From assembly GCA_973895155.1 (NCBI GenBank), contig OZ316894.1, forward strand, positions 18,576,805 to 18,640,804: DNA of 64,000 nucleotides, in the 5' to 3' direction. Below are positions 23,101 to 35,900 of this stretch, one piece after another (within the stretch, counting starts at the first letter, position 1; each line of letters opens with the position of its first letter). The notes beneath the pieces are model-generated. The model was not told the DNA's origin. It did no database searches and saw only the letters and a list, made by a program, of their open reading frames with translations. Origin of the DNA: Marsupella aquatica. Taxonomy: Eukaryota > Plantae > Marchantiophyta. A program made the position numbers and the translations under genes.

Positions 23101-24579
23101 GTAGCCGTACGGACTTGGTCGTACGACCTCTGGATTGTGGAACTTTTCAGAAAGGTGCACTCACGGGCTTGTTGGAAAGAGCTCGCGGAGCTGATTCCAA
23201 CAAGAGGTGGCGCTCCTCAAACGGAGCCAGGATGAGTAAGTTAGGGCCCGACGAAGTTGGTAAGTAAGTGATACTGAAACGACCATAACTTTGTCGTTCG
23301 ACGTCCGTTTTGGGAGCGGTTTGGTGATTCATGATCATGGGGAGTAGGGCTACCCAGGGGTGAGCTCAGAGTTGAAATCAGAGTGACACCTAGTTTTGGC
23401 AATTGTGGGGTCCCTTGCATTTTTGTGGTTCACAGAGCGATGTTGGGGAGCCGTCGAAGGCACCGCCGGTCCCATTGTTAGATTAGGGTTTTAGGAGCAT
23501 GTGTGTGCCACATGCTTTAGGATTAGGGATTTCTTCGTGAAGGGTTTTAGTGGCGCCGCTAGGGTAGCCGCCACCTTTGTGACCCCGTGAGGGAAGCTTT
23601 GGTGTGTTTGTTTCTAGTATTTAGGGGGAGAGCCCCAGAGTAGTGAGGGGGGGAACTCAGTCTAGTGTTTGCTTAGGGAAGTTAGCTCATAGCCAGAAGA
23701 GGGAATCAAGCCAGAGTAGTGAGGTAGAGGTGTAGCACTTGCCCCAGTGAGGCAGTAGTTGGGCAGATGGCAGGAGGCCGGGTTGTCCTTGCAATGTGTT
23801 ACGATGTTTTGCCAAAAGATATGGATTTGGTTTAATTCCTCAAGTTTTGGTGTGACGTTATCTTTTCTGGTTCACGATTGTGTTCTTTCCCCAAGAAGTG
23901 TCTAAGAAATCCTTGCACGGTTTGGTCAACCATGTGAGTAGGAGGGGTGGTGACAGCACTCCACCAACGACCAGTAGGAGTGTGCGTGGTGTAGTCCATG
24001 GAACTTGATCAAAAGCAGAGCGACTAGTCGGTAGACTTGATCAAAAATTACATTTTCGAGAGCGGAAATAAACATACTCATCCTACATGCAATAGAATCC
24101 TAATAGCATCCCTCCACGTTCCCGTCATACGATAACAAACGATTTTAGTATGAGTAAATACGTATTTGTCGTGTAAATCGTTTGATAAGTAGGTGACAAA
24201 TAACTCTTTGCTCGGACTGGAAAAATGTGCTCTTGACCACTAATTCATCTCTCTTTGGTAAACAACATCGATCATTCTGCAATGCAATGATGCCCACATG
24301 AATTTCATGAAGACATTGATCCATTTTTGCAACTATCATGTTAGAAGAGGCAGCCCCAAGCACCCCACCAAGCACTAAATTTCTCTTCCCCCCAAGTCAC
24401 CAATTTTCTTATCACTTTTATCAAAAAGGAGTTACTGGAGAACCTAATCCACCTTACTTCCTCTAACTGTTTCTCTAGAAGGACATGTTCCCAGACATGT
24501 TGAGGAAAAGACGTAGATACAACATGCACATAATTGACCAGGCATCCAACAAACACATAGTCAATTTGATAGTCAACAC

Positions 24580-26050
24580 ATAAAAATATGTGGTTCACCT
24601 CTGAGGAGACGTCCATGAGAACACACAATAACTTTATTACACTCTCCTATGCACTTGGACTAGCTAGGCTCATTGGCCATTATACCAAGTCTCTACATCA
24701 CAATCTTTGTAGTGGCTACATAACAATAAGTCTTGCTTTGTGTATGTAGGAGCAGCACAACTAACCTAGTCACCACTAGGACTACAAAATGCCTACCTAT
24801 AGCTGCAATTGTAACTCTAGACCTAAGAGTAAAGGACAATACATCCTTGAGGAATTTAACAGGTGCACACTTAGCCATAGACACCATTAGAAAGAATCTA
24901 ATAGTTGTCCTTTAGCCTAAGTAATTTGAGAAAAGTAAATAGTTAAAGGATATTTCTGTTAAGCATCGACGACGCAATGGCATGCCCATAACCATTTAAC
25001 GATCAAGTTGTCAACACCAGGAAATACGTGGTTCACCTCCACATGAGGCTACGTCCACGGGGAACACACAAAAGCTTTACTACACTATAGGCCGACCGGC
25101 CATACCAAGCATCCACATCACAAGCTCTCCCTATCTCTCAACTGGCTCCGTAACAATGAGCCTGAGTTCCCACTATCCAAACAAACATTGTTTGGGTATA
25201 GTGTGCGACTAAGGTTAGCCCTAACTTCCCCGCTAACTGCACTCTAGACCTAAGAGTTAATCCTAACAATTCCTAGCATATTCTCTTTTCCACGAAGTCA
25301 ACTTTGTTAAGCCCGAATGGACTCACCCTGTTCCCTCAAACTAGCGCCATGGCGCATTCAAATCCTTGGGGAATCACTTAGAGTAAACCCCTAAAACACG
25401 TGACTCGAACAAACTAATAAAATTTGAATAAATACATAAATAAATAAATTCAATTAAATAAACCCTTGTACCCTTTATTTATTTATACAACGCTGATAAA
25501 ACTTTCAATGCCTTCTGAATATAAAAATTAATATTTTTACCAAAATTAGATTTTTAAATACCTTTAGTATAAGTGTTTGATTATAATTATCCGATAATTA
25601 TTAGCTCGACAAGATTAAAAATAACCTTCATTTGTTCGCGCCCTGTTCTAATAATCCAACGAGTGATTCCCCAGGGATTGAAATAGTGGGCAATGGGGAG
25701 TTGTATTCAAATAGTGCACTTGGGTGTTGGGCCGGGAAAACCGGCATGATACAACCAAGAGCATGCACATGCACACGTCAACACAAGATATGTGTGGTTC
25801 ACGTTTGTCAAGGCTACGTCCACGGCATGCTAGAACTTTACTAAGCTTTGGCCATCATTCATGACCACACAAAGTCTCCTTGTACAAGCTCTCCTCCTAG
25901 CGCCTAGCTAGCTAGCTCCCTCAACAAAGAGCATGAGTGTCCAAGAGGAGCTCTCCTTAGCCCCTCTATATGCTAGATACAAAAGTTGGAGCTAATCACC
26001 ATTAACGCCCTAATGATGGTTTAGCCTAAGTAACTAGAAGTTAACCCAAG
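24580..26050 (-). mobile_element. Three decayed Copia-type LTR remnants
   Basis: 'a.gtggttcac....gg.tacgtcca.g' recurs at ~24587, ~25025 and ~25792. It is the reverse complement of the CGTGGACGTAG...GAACCACGT motif common in plant Copia LTRs. 'ctctagacctaagag' is shared by two copies. Confidence 0.5.
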
Positions 26051-29022
26051 ACTAGAGTTAACCCTACCACTGGGGTATTGTACTTGAGTTTTGACTCCAT
26101 TTCCTTATTTTGGTACTTGCACAATGATGTGTCAAAAATGGGTGTAGTGTTCGATCGAATATATTGACTTTGTGTTTGAGTATCTAAGTTGTCAGATGAG
26201 TCATAATTTGTATATTTTGTACTCATTGTAGAACAAGCTAGCTAGGGTCACTTGTACACCCATTGCAATGGTCATGAGCCTGTTTATTGGTCACATTTCA
26301 ATCAAAACTATAAAGAGTGCTTTCTCAACAATTTTTGATGTTTGTGTCAATCCATTCCAACTTTGGAAATCCATGCATGGGGCTAGCTTAGAGCCAAATG
26401 GCATGATTGTGGGCACACCTTTGTTTTTCTTCTCAGCTTAATTGATGACATCAAATTTTGACTGAGAATTTTATGCGTCAACTTCCTCAGGCATATGTAG
26501 TGGATGGAGAATCAAGGGCCAGAAACTCTTTGGCCTGAAGTTCCTGACCCGTAAATTTAAAATAAAACAAAATAAGACAGGACCACTAAAGTTGGGCCAA
26601 CGACATCTAAGAGAATCAAACTAGGGAGAACTCAGGAACTCTAAAGAAAGGACAAGTTAGGTTGAAATTGCCCCCAAACTGTGTAAAGTGAACTTTAGCA
26701 GTTCCCCCCAATGGATAGCCCTCATCACATATTCGAGACCAGAAAAAAATAAAAAATTCCCAACGTCTTGTAAACCCACCCTTAGGCCCAACTAGCATGT
26801 ACGCAGATGTGAAGCATTGGGCCCTAAGAACTTGCACATGCATTCCGCCCTAAGTACTTGCACATTTTCTGGCTAAAAGTAGATCTGGTTCCTCCAACGT
26901 TCAATGATTGCCTTTGCCCATGGATTTTCTCATCTGTAGTGCATTTTGTTTTATCTGACATGCAAAGGACAGGACCTACAAAGGCAGGAAACACTCTAGC
27001 CCTTGCCCTTAATTTAACAGGTTTTTATGGCATAACCCCCAACCCAAAAATGAGGCATCTCCACAATATTCTCCATGAATCTTTCTATGCCATGTGTGCA
27101 AAGTAGAGGGCCAACTGGCTTTGGTTAGTTGGCCAAAGTATGAGCTTAGAACAGAGAGATCCTAGGTTCAATCCTCCCCTCCACACACAAGGGGGTGGAG
27201 GGTATATGTGGATGGAGTGAAGTGGTGGGAGTATTAATTATCTCCTTAGCTGGTAGCTTTGGGGTTCTGGTTTAATCATCTCTCTTTTCTGGTCTGGTCC
27301 CGTCCCTTCCCTGTCTGATCCCTAGTCCCTTTGTGGCTGCCCTACATAGAAATGCATGTGCCAGAGGAGGGAATCTATCCTCTGCTGGATGGGCTTGCTT
27401 TTCGGATTTCAAGGCAAAAAAAAAGTAGAGAGCCAACTCAGAAAGGGCCACTTACATGCACTTGGGCCATCGATGGAAGAAAGTCAGGAAACCAAGGGTC
27501 GATCAAAGCTTAATATTCCACATTCGTCACACCGGCAAGAAAAAAGGAAAAAAACATCAAAATTGCGCCGATCCCCTCCTGAGGTCATCCAACGAATGGG
27601 CTGTGGCCGTATACACTTGAGTGGCCAGTTCTCGAAAACACTGGGCCTCAGACGCACCTGAGTGTTGACTGAATTGTATGCGTAACGATGGGACATCGCT
27701 ACTCAATTGCTCTTTGGTGCAGTGGGTCTCAACTAGTCAGTTTGTGACGAGTGGCGGCGAATCTAACAAATGACATGCAGCTCCACAATTATTTATGTTC
27801 CCAAGACGAAGCGCTGTGTCCACGCGCGCGGGATTCATGGGTCCATGCAAGCATTATTATATGACACTCGATGTCTCGATTATGGGACTATCGGATTGGA
27901 GGCGGTATCTGCGTAAAGCTTGTTGGCGGCTGGTGTGGCGGAGCTCACAAACTATTGTAACTATATCTCAATGACCCGAATTTGAGATTGGCTAGAAAGC
28001 AATGACTATTTGACTAAGTCTGTGCCCAATCGGAGGATTCTTGACAACAACTGTACAGTTCTGGGAGGAGGAGAGGTGAGGAACCCTGTTGTCTGAAGTT
28101 CGTGATAAGTTGTTTTCAATTATTACAAACTGCAAGCACCTCTTTCAAGGCTAACGTTAGAACAGAACATAAAGTGACAACACGTCGTGAAGGAGGAAAG
28201 CATTCATGTTTTGGATATATGAAGATGCGGCCATCCGGGGGGTTTGATTGGTGTCCAATCTACCAGTGTTCCTGACTCGGCGTTGGTGTACGGCGTACAG
28301 CACCATCGATCGCGCATTCCCTCATTTAGAGGCTTTTCTGTGCTTTTGACAGGTTCTGTCCAAATCAAAACTCGATTCGTCGCGGATTATAATAGTCGAA
28401 GATCGATCGAGGAGCTAGTGAGTTAGAAGCTCACTCGTAATTCTGACTGGATGTTCATGATTTGAAAGCATTCATTGGGAAAAGCAATTGAGAATGTCTG
28501 TAGGAAATTAGCGTTTCACGATATCTGCAGTCAATGAACTTGCTTTTATATATGTACATAGAAGCAAGGAAATTACAAGGCTGGGGATTGTAGCAGCATG
28601 CGGGTGAGGATGGCTAAGGTTTATAAAGCAGTTCAGTAGCTCGAGGAAGGTTGACAGTCGAACCGGATGTGATACTGTTTGCTCGAGCGGACTTGCGATT
28701 GTCTTCTTCAAAAGGGTTGCTCGGAAGTTGAGTGAATCGACGAGTAGACGAAGAAGAACTGTGGTTGTCGTGGCCTAGCTAGCTCACTAGAGCCCTTGAA
28801 AAGCTGTTAGCAAGCAAATAAATACTGCACCGGCCAGTTACTCAGTTTGTCGGTCGAATTGAGAGCTTCCTAAATTTAGCTGAAGGGAAAGACAACACTG
28901 TCGTCAAAATCCTCATCACAGTCTGCTGTTGTTAGGCTAAACGTTGGCGAGAATTCAGTAACTCCATGTCTGGAAATAGATTAGTATTTCGACTGGAGGG
29001 ATTGTGGTGGAATTGAAGGGGG

Positions 29023-32000
29023 ATGCGGAGGGAACAGCGGGCAATTATGGACACCTCGAGCCCGACTCTCTCAGGAATAAGACCCGTGATTCATTTGGCG
29101 GTGTCAACGTTTGTATACTTCTTTGCCTTTGTCATGACAGTGCCGTTCATGGTAGATGTCATGCTTGGGGCCATTTGCCAGGGTCAGATTGAATGTAGTC
29201 AGGTGATACTCATGCTGAGCGCGCAACAGTTGGTATGCACACAGCTCTCTGACTTCACATCTACTCAGTTGATGATTTTTGCTGAGTATGTCCAATATAA
29301 ATATGTGATTTATCAAGAAAGGAATCGTCAAGTACCATTCTACTTGTAGAGCAGAGAGTAATGAATTTGGTGTTCTTTTGGTCGTTTCCATTCAATAGGA
29401 CTAGGCCATCGGAATTCTGATGTCTTCCATGCACAAACAGGGACTTGATTGATTGACCTGCAAATCCGACCAACGGCAGAAGTTGTGACAAAAGTTTCGT
29501 GGACTTGTCATCATGCAGATCACAGGAGTTTGCTCAATTATTGCGGGTCCCGTTTTGGGCGGTTTGTCCGACGATTACGGGCGCAAACCAGTTCTTGTGG
29601 TTATTCATTTGGCAGGATTAGTCCCACCAGGTGAGGGACAAGGTAGCCTCAGTGTAGCTCCCTTAACAAGACTATTGAACCTACACACCAACTTCCTTCA
29701 CCACCAAACGAAAAAGGGCTACTTACAGAGACTATCACAACTTGAAGTTTGTGTAACTATCGTAGTCGCCATTGTGTACCTTCTTCTCCATCAGCTTGCT
29801 ACCACGTCGGTCGATTTTCGTTAGAAGACCATGATGAAGTGCCTAATTCGCAATACATGCTTGAATTATGCGTCATAGGTAATCTCGACCCGTCTCAATG
29901 GTTACGAAACTTTAACATTAGATCGATCTGCATTTCTTTCATACCTCTCTCTGCTTGTCAGTCGACTCCACCGGTGTAACTGCTTCTTTGGAACTTCAGA
30001 CAAAATGTTAGACAAGGACGAATATTTCGGCTGCTTTGGGGGTAGTGTGGTTTGCGTCATAGTCAATCACGACCAGACAGTAGAATTTTTATAATAAAAG
30101 AGCTCTGAACTAAAAGTTTCTTTGGCAGGCATTAATTGTCTATTCATAACCGGTCAGGTCCGCGCCACTCTCGTACTTCAGTACGACTTCGTGGGAACCT
30201 GGACCTACTGGACGAACGAGATTTTGACAAATGCCTGTGTGCGACACTTCATCTTTAGAAATCATAGACAAATCAGCCAGTACACCTTTCGTTGGAGCTG
30301 TGGAGCAACTCTCAAATGAATCGAGCATTTTCTGGGCCCCGAATTTGGGTTTGTTCCCAAGGAAGCTCAGCGGTCCGACTGCTGAACTACAGCACGAGGA
30401 AAATTGATTTCTCATATAATTACAGCATTAATGAAATTGAAGAAGAATGTTCTCGGCTCATGAAATGAAGGCATTCATTAGTTGGCTCTGTTCCTGGGGT
30501 GACTTCGGAGCTGACGTTTATTGTACATTCATTGGACAGCAATACTGGCGTACAGCAGGAGCGAAGCTTCTGTATATCGATGGTGGGTGGCTTGGATAGT
30601 TGTTTCCATAGTGAGAGACTCGAGTCTCCAGTCAACCGTTTTCGCTTACGTTGTAAGTATCACAATTATTTTGCTTTCCCTCTCTATGTGACCTCTTGAG
30701 TCGCCTATGGTCCAAAGCCTGTTGTTTTGCAAACGCTTATCAATGCAGCGACAGAACATGGATGGAGTCGATCACCGTTAACCCATCCTTACTTCCTCCC
30801 GTTGCCGAATATGAACATAAGCGTAGCAGCCTAGAGCGATTCAAATCAATCGCCAGCCACCATTTTCTTTTGGTGGTTCTTCTGGCTGCTACGACGCATG
30901 CAGGTGAGTTGACTTCAGTGATTGGAGAAATGGAGGACAGAACGGAAGAGCTAAATTCTCCAGACATATTGCAAGTATCCTGAAAACACAATATCATTAC
31001 GAACTTATAAACTTAGTGACTGGAGAGTTCAAGACACGTGTCTTTGGCCTTTAAGCTTTCGAATTCTTTGATCTCTCGAGGGATCTACCTATTTGATTCG
31101 TTCAGCCCTGAAGCCCCGCTGAAATTTGCTTGCGCGTGTGTGTCTATCAGGCAGACGCTGTAGCCAAGAGTCGTAGACCAGCAGCAATCGGCTTGACTGC
31201 AGCCTCTTCATCATTTGGTCTTCTAATGGGCACAGTGGCGGCATATTTCCTAAGAACTGCTGCTCAAGCCTACAGGGTAAGTGGAGCTGGATTATATTAT
31301 ATTTGGGTTTTACTTAACACAGGGTACACTTTTTGCGCAACACAGTATAGCGGAACTAAGAGCAGACTGATGATTTTCTACATGTAGGCCTTCTTTTATC
31401 TCGTCTGCTGACATATGGAGGCCCCATTTGATCGCGTGACCTCAGGTATCAGTTTTATTACATTTGTCTTCGGCACTTTATGTCATACTTTTTGTGACGG
31501 AAACGAACCCAAGGCAGCCTCTTCTTCCAGCTGAGGTAGCACAGTCAGAGTCTGCGACAAAGTTATTGCCGAAACGTCAATTGAGAAGACAGACCACTAA
31601 TCTTCGTCAAACGGCCACGACTGTTTGGAATAAGTGAGCACTGCAACTATGGTTTTTGGACGGTTTTTAACGCTACATCCCTTCATTGCGATGATTCATG
31701 TCTACACTCATGTCTGCATTGAGATTTATCAGTCGCGAGAATTGGCCTCACACTTTTGTTCTTGTATTTTGCGATGTTCCAGTCCACTCCTGAGAGTTAT
31801 AGCGTTGGTGGACTTCATGTGCATTTTTGGAGTAGTAGGCCTCTCGAACTTCAACTTGGTACGCAATTTGCCCCCTCCAATCCATGAACCTATGACTAGT
31901 ATTCCCAACAATCAGCTTCATCTTTACACGTTGGCAGCTGTCCAAGTTGGCCGTACCAAGGTTCCCTGACATTCATCTTTGCAAGGACAAGAAGTCTCTG

Positions 32001-34799
32001 CACAATTTGTTATGGCCAGATTCTGACATTTCAACTGGCGGTGCAGTATTATTTGAGGGCGACTTACTTCTTTGATAAGAATCAGTTAGCAACTGTTACG
32101 CTTGTGGGTCATTTTACCTCAACTGTGGGGCAGGTATGCAACCCGGGCTGAAAGTCTACTCAATGACAGTTTACGTTGCACTCTTTCATTGTAATTATTG
32201 TGCACTGTGGGTCACGAACCTTCTACTGTTTGGAGTTCTGTACATATGCTATATATATTTCCGGACATGCGGCACCAGTCAGTTTCGCATTTTTGCATTA
32301 GTGACTAGGTTTGATTGAGACTGATCTTTCTTGCTTCCTATTTTCAATTGAGTTTTGTTCCTTTATCTAAAAATCAGCTCTGGTACATTTTTGGTGTCTC
32401 TCAAATCTCAAAAAATTTGTCCCTGATTTACAATATTAGGATCTGTGAATTTCTGAAGATTGTCTTTTTGGTCGAGATTTCCAGTGTGTGATATCTAAAC
32501 GTAATACTCGTACATACCAAATTACTTGGGTAGATGTGGTTTTGAGGAATCGATTATAGTTGCAAAAATTATTTGGCCTCTTGTACTAAGGATTTCAATC
32601 GGTTGAGCAGCCTCATGCGCAAGAACTGTACTCAGCTAGAAATAGGATTCATTCTGTTTTTGAAAACACTTCATTTTGGATCGGTGACAAAATTCCAGAT
32701 GATCGTTTACCCGGTGTTATCATATGCTTTCGGGCAGCGAGCAGTGGTTTGGATTGGTCTTTTTGGATTCCTTGGTCATGTAAGTAATATCTGGACTGAC
32801 TTTGAAACTGAACCTTCACTTGTTCGCTGGCTTGGGTGAGGAAGTTGATTTGTGATCCTCCTATTGCTCTACTATTCCCAATCTCCTTCAGTATTTATTT
32901 CCGTGAGAACTGGTTGAGACGAAGAAGTGAAAATGGTCAAACAGAAACCAACTAATGTTACTCATTTATGTTGCAGTATACATTCTACAGCTTGTCTTGG
33001 TCAATATGGTTACCAATTATAGCAGTCTCGATGGGATTGGTGTCGTCAGTCATCAACCCAGCTGTGAGTCCCTTGTGAAAACTTTTACTGATTGAATATG
33101 CTTCAGTTGAGATCTTGTAAGCCTTCTGAGGTGGTGAAGATGCCCATAGTGTGCATGCCAAATTAGGACTGAAATGATTATGATGGTACCACTCGTTATT
33201 CCGTGAAGCACCTTTGATTGAAGAAGTGTCCGACCATCAATTATTCCAATGACGTATTCTATTGTAGATTGGAATTTCCATGGCCCAGTCTCCCTTCAAT
33301 GGGAGGCAATGAAACTGAAATCCCTTCCTATAGCCCAGATTGTGAAAGATGTGTTTTGAAGGCAACAATTGGCAGTAAAAGATATGATTGTGTTTTGACT
33401 TACATTATTGGTTTCACTCCAAACTCACTTGGTAAGCGTGTTTTCTTGTGCAGGTTGCGACCATCTCATCAAGGGTAGTCGATCAAGAGATGCAGGTCTG
33501 ATTAAAGCCCTATTGCATTATACCTACCTAAAAATCTTTGCCGGTTTTGGTCTGGCTCTTCAGTACCTTGTCAGGAATGTAGTCATACTGCATGTGGAAT
33601 ATTGCTGTGGTCGTGGAAAAGTGAATGGAGTTCCTACTATCATAATTCTTAACTTCACCTGGATTTCGGATACTCGCAGGGAAAATTACAAGGCTATCAT
33701 AATTCTTAACGTCACCTGGATTTCGGATACTCGCAGGGAAAATTACAAGGAGTTCTGAGTGGTATTCGATCCGTAGCTGGCATTGTAGCTCCTCTGGTGT
33801 TGACACCACTGACAGGTAACTACCTATTTTGCCTCTCACAAATTACGGTGAAGGTCACACTCCTGACTTGTGCAGATTTGAAAGCACAGTCAAAATGGAG
33901 GAGCCACAAATCCTCCATGTTTTGTTCATGCCCAGTGTAGAAGGAGATGTATAGCTCCGGAAAAAGCAACGTATCCTATGGCATCAAAGTGTTGGCTAGA
34001 AACAATGTTAGCGACTGAGAAGTTGATATTTTATTGGGCTTAACAGTTGGCCAATCAGAAATTCTCAACAGAAAGTTCGCTTTTGTGCTGCGTCTTGTTT
34101 GTCGCTGCATCTATCTTTTGTCAAGGCGTTAGTTACCACGCATCCATAGAAACAGTCAATGACGTCTTTGAAGGTGAGCCACATTCAACTTGTGTTCTAC
34201 CGTTGGTTGCAGCGGCTTCCCTGGGAGAAAATCCCCCATTTAACTTTCGAGGACTGCCCTATTTTGTCTGCGGAGGTGTAATAGTAAGTGATCTTCCTCA
34301 TCCATGAATGCTATTTGCTTGAGAGGTTTTGGTCAAGTCCAACGTTTCGTTGTTTAGGACATGAAAATGATGCAGACTTTCTCCTCAACAACATATATTT
34401 CGGATATTTTATGAGGTGGACAGTGAGAAGGAAGAATGACTAAGGCAATGAGCAAGCATTATTAGTAAATAATTCGAGACATAATGAATCACAGAATGAA
34501 CGTGGAAATGTTGTTCTGTCAACAGTTACACTTTGTTTCTCTTATTCGTAAATACGAACTAATCAGTTCCTTTCTTTACCTATTTTCTGGCACAGGTCTT
34601 GAGTATGTTGCTCTCGTTGTGGTTGCCTTATGTCCCTGTATCGGAAGAGCAGGACAGACCTTCCGAATACATACAAGCACCGATACCTTCTGAAGAATTC
34701 GTTCATGTGCCAACACCTCCTGAACAATACCTTCATGTACCCATCCACCCTGATAGTAAGTCGGAAGACTCTGGACAAGATGAGAAATTCTTAGCGTGA
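29023..34799 (+). CDS. Major facilitator superfamily transporter, HIAT1/tetracycline-resistance-like, 13 exons
   Basis: GT-AG exons in consistent phase: 29023-29232, 29519-29630, 30540-30652, 31151-31276, 31446-31633, 31783-31858, 32047-32133, 32699-32779, 32977-33063, 33454-33495, 33737-33815, 34213-34283, 34596-34799. MFS motif A 'GGLSDDYGRKP', plus 'AILAYSR..FAYVAD', 'QGKLQG.LSGIRS', 'PPFNFRG'. Confidence 0.9.
33637..33750 (+). repeat. 57-bp tandem duplication spanning the branch point, 3' splice site and start of exon 11
   Basis: 33637-33693 and 33694-33750 differ by one base. Confidence 0.95.
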
Positions 34800-35298
34800 T
34801 CACCGTGTGACCCTAGATCAGCGGACTGCTGATAGCTTTCAATTTTCAGTAGCTTATAGTTCCTGTCACAGGAGAGTGCAGAGTACTTGTCAGAGGATCG
34901 GAGGAACAAGATCTCCCAATAAACCTCTTGTAAAATAATTATGTTTGGGCACGAAGGATATACACAGAACATGAACAGAACCTTAGCCAAGTGCCGTCCG
35001 TTCTGTTCTGGGAGTGAGTTCAGAACGGTCATGTTCATGCACCGGATGAACATGAACAGAACGGCTCATGAACGAGTAGACCTTAGCCAAGTGCATCCGG
35101 TGACAGGGTAGGGAGAGAAAAGGTTCCTGTTCAGAAGAACGCAAATAGGCGTTCATCATCAATTATGATAAGTGCTGAAAAATAAAGGGATCGATGCATC
35201 AGCGTCGTAACCAAGCCGGTTTTATTGCTATTGTCTACACTGGGTTTAAAGAGGTTGGGAGTTTCTCGTGTTGTCTTCACTAGTGTTCACACTACAGA

Positions 35299-35440
35299 GA
35301 GTCTGGGATTTTCCTCGTGTGTGCTTCACTAGTCTACACTGGGCGAAGAATTTGCGAATTTACTCGACTGAGTCTGGGATTTTCCTCGTGTGTGCTTCAC
35401 TAGTCTACACTGGGCAAAGAATTTGCGAGTTGACTCGACT
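35299..35440. repeat. 71-bp tandem duplication
   Basis: 'gagtctgggattttcctcgtgtgtgcttcactagtctacactgggc' at 35299 and 35370. Confidence 0.9.
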
Positions 35441-35760
35441 TGTTTTCTTCGTTTGGCGTGACTTACATCAAGGGGCAGAAAAAGGAGACTGTGTCACAAT
35501 AGATTCAATAGATTGAGTTTTCACTCAAACCACACCTGCCCATATAAAAGCCCCATTCTTTGCCTCACTACTCAGCAAACGTGTCCTTGTGGTGAACAGT
35601 GTCTCATCATGAAAAGTGGAGTAGTAAGCACCTCTTGTGGCGGTGGTCTATCATACAAGGTGGAGTAGTAAGCACCTTTGGTGGAGCTCAAACCCATTCT
35701 TGAATCTGTGCAAGTTGGAATATAGTCAGCACCTTTTGTGGAGTTTAAGCTCATTGCTGA

Positions 35761-35900
35761 ATCTGTGCACCTTATAATGAGAGCTACTAGTAACCCATGA
35801 CTCTTTACAGGTGCAACCTGTGCACTTATTATATCTGTGCACCTTATAATGAGAGCTACTAGTAACCCATGACTCTTTACAGGTGCAACCTGTGCACTTT
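35761..35900. repeat. ~72-bp tandem duplication within a degenerate repeat tract (35590-36060)
   Basis: 'atctgtgcaccttataatgagagctactagtaacccatgactctttacaggtgcaacctgtgcactt' occurs twice, with a diverged third copy near 36000. Confidence 0.88.

Larger units (their letters stand above)
10694..24129 (+). mobile_element. Solo-LTR-like host element (~3.7 kb once the inserted Gypsy is removed) carrying an ORF
   Basis: Starts TGTGACGGG (10694) and ends CCCGTCATA (24129), an 8/9 inverted match. GC-rich LTR-like sequence with no gag/pol. No clean TSD. Confidence 0.5.

Noticed and set aside
23941-23955. GGGGTGGTGACA as right end of the host element
   Set aside because: No TSD, and a poorer inverted match to 10694 than CCCGTCATA at 24129; kept only as an alternative.
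30122-30319. Alternative MFS exon candidates at ~30129 and ~30856-30903
   Set aside because: Exon 30540-30652 fits the family motif (AILAYSR...AYVAD) and phase; these do not.
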